From NCBI RefSeq assembly GCF_006345805.1, contig NC_043002.1:80104001-80168000 (forward strand): a stretch of DNA of 64,000 bases, written 5' to 3'. The notes beneath the pieces are model-generated. The model saw nothing but the letters and a program-made list of their open reading frames with translations, searched no databases and had not been told where the DNA came from. The position numbers were made by a program, and so were the translations under genes. The DNA comes from Octopus sinensis (Eukaryota). Of the stretch, positions 54,660 to 64,000 are shown piece after piece. Position 1 is the stretch's first letter. Each line of letters opens with the position of its first letter.

Positions 54660-55291
54660 TCGCTCAAGAAGGACTTCAGTGGGAACAATTTTCATTAATT
54701 AGATGTAGGAGAGTTACCTAAACACTACCCAAACCCACCATTTCACCCTAAAAAGTTAGTGGTCACTCTATGGTGGTCTGCGAAGGGATTTATTCATTAT
54801 TCATTTCTTCAACAAAGAAAATCGGTAACAGCAACATCATATTGCCAGGAAATTGATTGTATGCATGAGAATTTGAAAAAGAAGCGACCCAGGTTAGTGA
54901 ATAGGGATAGCCCAATTTTGCCCTACGACAATGCACGTCCTCATACTCCTCAAGATACGGTCCAAAAGTCGCAAAGCCTGAATTATGAGATTTTGCAACA
55001 TCCTCTCTACACTCCTTATATTTCTCCAACTGATCTTCACTTATTTAAGCATTTTGAGCGTTTCATAAGCAATAAAATATTCTTAGAGAAGTAATTGAAG
55101 CATTAGGACAGTTTATCACAGCAAAATATGTTTTGTTTTTTTTAAGCTTGAATATATGACATAGAGAAACGTTGGGTAAACGTCCTAAATGAATATGGAT
55201 CATACTTTGATTAAATAAATCAGTTCCTTAACACTTCTTAAACATTTTATTTTTACCTTTTAAATACGACATTTCATGTGAAACAGCCTAA
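54660..55291 (+). mobile_element. Mariner transposase remnant with 3' TIR-like end
   Basis: LWWSAKGFIHYSFL...YCQEID..LKKKRPRLVNR..ILPYDNARPH...LQHPLYTPYISPTDLHLF (mariner DDD-domain motifs); ends AAATACGACATTTCATGTGAAACAGCCTAA|TA. Confidence 0.85.
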
Positions 55292-55437
55292 TATAACTAT
55301 TCATGTATATCCATACGAACACAGCGTATCCAGAAATTCTTAAACAAATGTTCTCACGTGTTAAATAATTCAGTTCTTAGAGCCATTTGGTGTCTATTTC
55401 TAGCATGTGGTGCTACTCATTAGTACCCTTACTATAA

Positions 55438-55473
<36 letters not shown>

Positions 55474-56059
55474 GTGTGTGAGTGTGTATATATATGTATG
55501 TATGCATTGTTAACAATAAAAATATTTCTAATACATTAGAGTATTAGCAATACACAGGGTCAAAACACCAATATATATTCTATATTCTTTACCGCTAAAA
55601 GAATGATGTATAAAAAAACCTACAAAAGTAAAATACATCTTTTGCTTAATAAGGGAAAATAAACAACTTTAAATAAAGTCGAACGCCACAGAATAAGCGG
55701 AAGTCATTAATACCCTAACAGTGCAAATCCGGTTTCGATTCTCGGTTAATACGTTCCATGTCAATCACTTCATGCCTTTTATATAGTCATTAACACCGCA
55801 CATCTCTAAGTATCACTTAAGAAGAGTTTACTGACAATGCGAGATTTCATGCCAGGTCTTGGAGTTTCTGCCTTTTGCATGTTTTAGTTATTGGACAGTG
55901 GCCATGATCGTGCACTGGGTTGAATTTCTCGTTTGTGATAAAATAGACATACCAACACCGGTTGATTGCTGATGGGAGATAAGCACAAAGAAACACGGTG
56001 GAATTCTGTTATTAGATGGAATTGTATGGGAGCACGTCGCGTATATAATATATATATAT

Positions 56060-56441
56060 GGAGGCGCAATGGCCCACTGGTTAGGGCAGCGGACTCGCAG
56101 TCATAGGATCGCGGTTTCGATTCCCAGACCGAGCGTTGTGAGTGTTTATTGAGCGAAAACACCTAAAGCTCCACGAGGCTCCGGCAGGGGATGGTGGTGA
56201 TCCCTGCTGTACACTTTCACCAAAACTTTCTCTCACTCTTACTTCCTGTTTCTGTTGTACCTGTATTTCAAAGGGCCGGCCTTGTCACTCTCTGTGTCAC
56301 GCTGAATATCCCCGAGAACTACGTTAAGGGTACACGTGTCTGTGGAGTGCTCAGCCACTTACACGTTAATTTCACGAGCAGGCTGTTCCGTTGATTCGGA
56401 TGAACCGGAACCCTCATCGTCGTAACCGACGGAGTGCTTCC

Positions 56442-56448
<7 letters not shown>
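56060..56448 (+). mobile_element. Full-length SINE family A
   Basis: GGAGGCGCAATGGCCCACTGGTT A-box-like, GGTTTCGATTCCC B-box-like; matches 371-762. Confidence 0.9.
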
Positions 56449-56474
<26 letters not shown>

Positions 56475-56477
56475 GAT

Positions 56478-56552
56478 ATCACTTCGACATCTGATGCGTG
56501 GTACAATATTCACATGTTCAGATAACGTCGATTTGATGGAGAGAGTGAGCTA
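56478..56552 (+). repeat. 75 bp perfect inverted copy of 56972-57046
   Basis: Base-for-base reverse complement; flanked on both sides by TA-rich microsatellite. Confidence 0.95.
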
Positions 56553-56581
56553 TATATATATATATATATAATATATATATA

Positions 56582-56614
<33 letters not shown>

Positions 56615-56615
56615 G

Positions 56616-56658
<43 letters not shown>

Positions 56659-56879
56659 ATGTATATATATATTAATGTATATACATGTATATATATACAT
56701 GTATATATATATTCATGTATATATATATATTCATGTATATATATATATATTCATGTATATATATACATATATATACATATATATATGTGTGTATATGTAT
56801 ATGTATATGTATATATATATATTTATATATACATGCATATATTCATATATATATGTGTGTGTGTGCATGCATATATATA

Positions 56880-57167
56880 CACGATGGACTCTCCCGTCGA
56901 AGACGTCGTATAAGCCTTCCGCTTGTGCCGAACACCTACACAAATGATTTGCTTACAGCGATCAAATGTTCTAGCTCACTCTCTCCATCAAATCGACGTT
57001 ATCTGAACATGTGAATATTGTACCACGCATCAGATGTCGAAGTGATCGCAGGGCAACGTGAGGTGAAGTATTTTGCTCGGGGACACAATGCACCATCCAG
57101 TCTAGGAATTGAAATAACGATCGCTACATCGTGAGTGCAACACCGTATTAACTAAACCATGCGCCCT
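56880..57167 (-). mobile_element. SINE family F
   Basis: Minus head GGGCGCATGGTTTAGTT..., CORE-like TTGTGTCCCCGAGCAAAATACTTCAC, body GATCACTTCGACATCTGA. Confidence 0.7.
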
Positions 57168-57460
57168 TGGGTGGGTTGGTTGTTTTTTTTGCCCGAAAGG
57201 CTGTATTCATTCTGCCTTGGTCAATCGTCTTAAATTACATTTGCTTACTTTGTACTTTCCTACGTCCTCTCTGAAACGTTTTGTTCGCACGCAGCGCTAA
57301 TTCCCCGCAAATTGTGCAGGTGCCACCGATATGCGAAGTTCTCAGTATTATGGTTGAAGGTATGAAACTGAGTATAACCATTCGGTTGATAACCGATGAA
57401 GAATTAGGGGCCTTCTACGTCTCTTAAATGTACGTATCTTTAGCTATCGTTGTTTATTCA

Positions 57461-57528
<68 letters not shown>

Positions 57529-57693
57529 TTCTGGTAAAGTAGTGTGACCGGGTACTTTCACTGCATCTGAAACAATTGTAACTGGTCATTAAGGTTATTC
57601 GGTTATTCGGTTATTCTAAACTCATTCTTTGTTTTCTCATCTGGATTTCTTATACAATTGATAAAGGAAACGGAAGATGGGTTTAGTACGAAC

Positions 57694-57867
57694 TTTCATT
57701 TAGCACGACGATCGTTTCGACCCATTTCCATCTTCCATTTTCTTCATCAATTATAAACTCGACAAACTGCGGATTTCCTGAAGTAGAGCCAGTGAAAAGT
57801 ATATCGTAACTGAATGACATCAGGTAGTCCAAACGGTGTATGTGCTTTAATCGGCATACTAATAGAC
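57694..57867 (-). other. Candidate host exon (174 nt, symmetric phase 1)
   Basis: ttgactttgggtatag| open frame GLLVCRLKHIHRLDYLMSFSYDILFTGSTSGNPQFVEFIIDEENGRWKWVETIVVLNE |gttcgt; no family recognised. Confidence 0.25.
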
Positions 57868-58911
57868 CTATACCCAAAGTCAAAATAGTTACACATAAAT
57901 ATATATATGTGTGTGTGTGTATGCGTGTATGTCTATTATATATATATATATATATGCATACACACACATACACTCATATATACATACACGCATACATATG
58001 CGTATGTATCGGTACAAACGCCTGTACGTATGTATTTGTGTATGTATGACATTCTTTCTTCCTCTTTCTATCCCTTGATTTTTGTTTTCACTCTCTTTTT
58101 CTCCTTATTAACCTATCCATCCCTTTTTCACATTCTACTCGTTTCATTCTCATTGAGCGGCCATTTTGTCAGGTCGCCTTTTATATCGAATATGTGATAG
58201 AAGAACGAGTGCGAGAAATTGATGGAAGGATTAACATTAATGAAGAAAGGCACGAAATCAAAGGGACAAGTTATTAAGGAAGGGAGATAGATACATAGAT
58301 AGAGAAATAGAGAGATAGACGGAGAGAGAAAGGGGGAGAAAGAGAGGGAGAGAGGCGGAGAGAGGTAGCAAAATTAAGAGGAAAGATGATGTAATTGGGA
58401 AAAGAAAAACTGAAAAAGGCAAAAATTAATGTCGAAAAGAATGGGAAGAAAGGAGAAAATAAAGGACGAAACTATAAAGAGGAAAATATCTAAAGTTGTG
58501 GCGTGAAGTGAAGATTAATAGAGAGAGAAAGAATGACAGAGTGAGACGGGGAGAAACGGAAAAGGATCGTGCGATTTAATGAAATATGTATGACTACAGG
58601 TTGACTATGTAAGTGTGTGCATGCGTGGAATTGTGTATACGAACGCATACATGAACATACACATACACTTGATGTCACATAATGATGGGATACATCTTAA
58701 ACGCAAGTAATAAGGACCAGAACAAGCACATTTATCGACCGGAGATCTTGTAAATTACAAATAACACGTGTCACTTCATTATGAGATACCCTGTTTATAC
58801 CACACACACACACACACATATATATGTATGTATGTATGAATGTATGTATGTATGTATCTATATATGCATATATACACTTGCACACTTGCACATGCATGCA
58901 CACATACTAAC

Positions 58912-58953
<42 letters not shown>

Positions 58954-59486
58954 CGAAGACGGCACCACAAGCAACATCAACAGTAGTTATGTATTTTGCT
59001 TTCACACAAAGGCACAATTATTTGGGTTACTGAGGGTTACAGATGATTAAATGCCCCCACCCCCAACCCTGGCACTGGACTAGTACTTACCATATAGATT
59101 TCTGATCGATCAAATTTAATATTACTAGGATTAGGATTCAGACGTTTTAGCGACATTGCTAAATATCTACAAACATTTTATGAAATCTATCAATAAATAC
59201 ATATCGCGAATAATTCATATATTTATCACAGCAATACTCACACACACACATACACTTACGCAAAATGGATTTAATTGACGTGAGTAATGGGTTGTTAATT
59301 GCTGTATCTAGAAAATGAAAGGCAAAGTAAACTATTGCACGGATTGAACTGAGGACGTAAAGACAGGCAGCTAATTACCAAAACCACGTTTGTCAAGCGC
59401 TCGGCATATTTTGTTATCTTTCACCTGTAATAATACATATTCGTATCAGAATCAGACCATAAATTTGGAAGCAAGGCAAGAGTCAA

Positions 59487-59990
59487 TTTCAATACTTGAT
59501 TGATACTTTATTTTGTCATTCATCACGCGAAATTTTTTTTTAACGTAGGAGTGGCTGTGTGGTAGGTAGCTTGCTTACGAACCACATGGTTCCCGGTTCA
59601 GTCCCACATATATATATATATATACACACATATATATGTGACGGGTTTCTTTCAGTTTCTGTCTACCAAATCCACTCACAAGCTTTGGTCGGCCCGAAGC
59701 TTGCCCAAGGCGCCACGCAGTGGGACTGAACCGGGAACCATGTGGTTCGTAAGCAAGCTACTTACTACACAGCCACTCCTACGTTTAAAAAAAATTTCGC
59801 GTGATGAATGACAAAATAAAGTATCAATCAAGTATTGAAACCAGAATATATATAATATAGCGGTTCGGCAGAAGATACCGATAGAATAAGTACTAGGCTT
59901 ACAAAGAATAAGTCCTGGGGTCGATCTGCTCGACTAAATGCGGTGCTCCAGCATGGCCACAGTAAAAAGACTGAAACAATTGAAAGAGTC
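59487..59990. mobile_element. Rearranged SINE B with inverted duplication of head plus flank
   Basis: 59487-59607 vs 59720-59840 inverted (3 mismatches in 121); the SINE 3' half resumes on + at ~59859. Confidence 0.9.
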
Positions 59991-61755
59991 AATACGAAAG
60001 GTTGAAAGTTCTAGTGGACTTTGGTGAGATTTAAATTGTGTGGAAAGAATCGGAGCAACTGCGTAAGGAATTTTGTTCTGATCTATAATATTTACTAAGT
60101 GCGTACCGGAATATCACAACCATATCACCCATTTATAACACAAGCGCAATGCCACCTGAGTGAAGTGGCAGTAGTCAATTAAATCGATTCCTACACTCCA
60201 TTGGCATTAATTTTATCGGTGCACAGAGAAGAAAATCCAATGTTGATCCCAGTATTATGGAACGTAGAAAATTTTAATAACTTCTATGCATTTTTTGGCA
60301 CCCTTTCGATTTTCCCATGCAGCACAAGGTGACAAATTTTGAAGTAGAATGCAATCGGACAAATCTATCGACCTAATTCGTAGATACTTTGTTTTATGGG
60401 GCAAGAAAGAAGAAATAACGAAATTGAAACCAGCTTGAAGGATGTTAGTACGTTAAGGGATTTTATTAATCTTTGTAAAACATTATGTCCGGTTTATTAT
60501 TTATTCTAACCTACAGTACCCTAATTCTTAGTAACATTCCTGTAAACCAAAACTGTAACAGGGACCTCATTCTTTGTTGATGTAATATCGCTACTACACT
60601 TGTTAGTATCATTGTTCATGACACACTTCTTCAAAATATACGATTTTATGTTCTTTAAAATATAGACTATTTGTACCCCAATACAACCGGCCTATACAAT
60701 AAGTCTTCACAATTTCACCGAAGTTCTAAATGAGAGCATTAGAAGACAGTCAAATTAGGAGTCTAGATTTGGCAGATATTGAATTTGCTTCTTATCCTTC
60801 CGAGGTCGGGAAAATACTCCAGCATTTTGTCAATTAGTGGAATCGCTTGTATCGCCTAAACCGGCGGGGATTATAACCCCAGTCAATTTGCAACGTACTG
60901 AATAACTAACAGTGTTACATCATCAGCTTTAAAAATGTTTTATTACACAAAAATTAAATATTTCAATGACTTTACAACACAGATGGGAGAACGCGTACAT
61001 TTTGCTGCAAAGGAATCCTTATGCACCTTAGTGGTGCAGCATTATGGCACATTATATTAAATAAAAATTCAATATAAGTAATTATCTTAAAACATTGTTC
61101 GACAGTGTTTGATGCAATGGGATGCCCCAATGTAGTGCATTATATCCATCAAAGTTTTTGTATATCACGGTATTTTCCGATAGATCACAAAATCTTGCAT
61201 TACAGCTGCCGATCACTGTGTCGCAGGAATACGTGGCACAACAGTTGAAAGTATCTGCTTAAACCCTTCCATAAATGTAGCCCTGTGAGTCTATGACACG
61301 TCAATAGAAATACCACTTGATGTTTTTGTTTCTTAATTCAGATATTTCTGAAAGCGAATTTACCTTTAATTTCTGCAATGGATATAAAATGAATACCTGT
61401 AATACATTGGGGTTACGCTTAAATGATTGTGCTTTTCTGTCTGTTACATATTTTTTTACTTTGTAGTTATCGATGGAATTAATATATTCCCCGTTCGCTG
61501 ATTAAGCTCGTAAGATTCCTTACGATTCATTAGCAAGCCAAGAAACAAATCCCTATTCCCCAAATAGCTCATCTAGGGGAGATAACCCGTCCTCACCAAC
61601 GCCAGACTTTTTATTCTTTGATGACCCTCTCACCAATTGACCATAACAACTTTCCACCTCCGAGAGGTAAAGAGTTCAATTTTTCTTCGTATAGAGTCTG
61701 ATTAGCTGTCTACAAAGCTGCGGCTTATATGATGCGAAACCATTGGTCATCCTAA

Positions 61756-61843
<88 letters not shown>

Positions 61844-62207
61844 ACTCAAAGGCTGGAGCCGTGGAGCATGAGATGGCGTATCTGCATATTATTCTAATCC
61901 TACTTTAAAAGAGGGGATTTTTTTGTGCGGAGCTTCCGTAACGAGGAATAAAGAACTGTACCCATAGCTTTTGCAGACTCTGTAAGACTGGTGGGAGCCA
62001 AGTTTAAAAGAGATTTATAATGATAATCGCTTCTCACCTTAGCGTGAATTTCGAAATTGTAAAGGATGACGAAGATAATGGCACGTTGTGATGTTTATGC
62101 CTTTGTCGTGGGTATTAGTGACTTAATTTAAGAGGGCTTTAAATGTAAGAAATAGGACAACAATAAAAACAAAATTGTGACAATGATCATAATAGTAATA
62201 TAAAACT

Positions 62208-62264
<57 letters not shown>

Positions 62265-63048
62265 TAATAATAATAAAAAAACAACAATAATAATAAATAC
62301 AATGATAATTATATATAAAAAAAGAATGCATATTTTGCGCATTATTAGCTTCCCTTGCCGAAAGCTAATAACTTGGTGGTAATTTTAAACCAGGAGCTTC
62401 GGCTATCTTAAGCTTGCTTGCGTACGAGGTATCCAATAAGAAAAGAAGAAAAAAATAATTAATATACGAAGAATTATAATAATGAAATCAAAATAAATTA
62501 TAATAAAATATATTAAAATAAATATATAACTAAACGAGAAAATATTGTTAGCTAAATAAATACATAAACATGTAAAAAAATATGTAGAATGTAAAAGGAA
62601 AATGAAAAAAGAAAATGTGTATAACACTAGAAAAGAAAGAAAAAAAATTAACAAGACGTATAAAACGGTGACATAGGTGGTTGGGCTGTCATGAAGAGAG
62701 GGGTTATATACAGACGGGTTTGCCGGTAGGCCTCAGCCGAGTACCGTCGCATTGTCGCCCAGCCGTACATCTTTGTCGCATCCTCACATCACCGTTGTCG
62801 CCTCTTCACACCATTCTTTCCTCTATGTATTGTCCTTCCTTCCTTACTTTCTTCTCCGTTTTAAGCCAACGCCCACTTACTACCACCACCACAACCACCA
62901 CCACCACCACCACCACCACCACCACGTATGAAACAACAACAACAACAGCCATCAACACCATAACCACTATCCATCACTTACCAACCACCACCACCACCAC
63001 CACCACCACCACCACTACCACTAACATCCACCATCGTTACTTCGCTAC

Positions 63049-63180
63049 CAACATCGACGCCATCTTCGAAGACAAAACCATACTGACTGCTGCTCGAGGC
63101 TACGTCATAAGATATTTCTATTTCCTTGAAATTAGTAGCTTTCCCAATTTCCACCAATTTTCCTCTTCTACAACCTTGTA
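63049..63180 (-). other. Candidate host exon (132 nt, symmetric phase 1)
   Basis: aaattattacag| QGCRRGKLVEIGKATNFKEIEISYDVASSSQYGFVFEDGVDV |gtagcg (alternative donor gtaacg after 63041); complex, protein-like sequence; no family recognised. Confidence 0.25.
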
Positions 63181-63878
63181 CTGTAATAATTTCATCAATA
63201 ATTACACAGTAAGTTAACTGCACCAACCCGTTCGATGATTTACAATTTTTCTAATGCTTCACCTTCATTAGAGGAGAGCTCGTCCAAGAACGATAATATA
63301 GGGCTTCATTAATTCCATCTTTTGTGCATTCTCTTTCCAGTGGTCACAATTAGCTAGAACTGTAATCACAGTGTTATAGTGAGAATTAACGTTCTCTGCC
63401 GATCTCTTTCGAATAAGACAAGCGATTATATTTTCGCAATTGACGTATTCCAGTAGTAGCAATTCGCTATTTTAAATGGCCACTCTAGAATTAGAGTTAA
63501 ATATCTCGGTAATCATGTAGCTAGTTTATGCTATACTCATTACATTTCCACCCAGTTTGTCGGCTTTGCTCTCTCTCTATATAGTATTAATTTCTACAGA
63601 AAAAAAAAAATCATGTTCTTTATTCTTTTCCTTTTCCTTTTCTTTTCCTACCTTTTACTCCCTAAAAATTTATTTTCTTTCATACTTTTTATTAATATTC
63701 ATTCTTCACTTTCCTTTCGCTATCTTTTATTATTTTTTTTCTTTCTTCCGTCTTCTCTCACTGCTTCCCCCACTATAACACCCCCATCACTATCACCTCT
63801 ATCAGCACCACATTTCAACATCTATCGTCTCTTTCGAAACGATTACAATATATACATATCATATATATATACATACAT

Positions 63879-63923
<45 letters not shown>

Positions 63924-64000
63924 CATATATATATATATATAATATATATACATGTATATATATATATATGTATATATATATGTATATGTATGTATGCATA

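Noticed and set aside
56060-56135. tRNA gene
   Set aside because: tRNA-like head continues into a multi-copy SINE body, with no clean cloverleaf or terminator; the same applies to all SINE heads here.
61507-61640. S/P-rich 44-codon frame (KIPYDSLASQETNPYSPNSSS...) as a terminal exon
   Set aside because: Weak acceptor, short, no recognisable homology; compatible with chance.

Overview
AT-rich, repeat-saturated eukaryotic non-coding DNA (large intron or intergenic). The SINE repertoire and extreme microsatellite density look like an octopod cephalopod (Octopus); this is inference. No intact host gene is evident, and almost all long ORFs in the track are microsatellite read-through. The window holds several tRNA-headed SINE families (my labels A, B, C, D, F), decayed LINEs (CR1-group, two R4/Dong-like, Tx1/L1-like), a decayed Penelope-like element (RT + GIY-YIG), two mariner remnants, a non-autonomous Helitron and many micro/minisatellites. 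The most notable signal is a set of type I hammerhead-ribozyme (HHR) motifs. Three unrelated foldback (inverted-repeat) elements (20756-23013, 30857-31403, 43839-44010) each carry an outward-pointing HHR-like motif in both arms. All share a U after CUGANGA, and the core-intact copies share a GUA cleavage triplet. A solo HHR lies at 41066-41152 and a decayed one ends the coding Penelope-like element. Also seen: a SINE/LINE shared 3' stem-loop with a compensatory base pair, and several template-switch-type inverted duplications. All structures were read by eye; no searches or folding programs were run.
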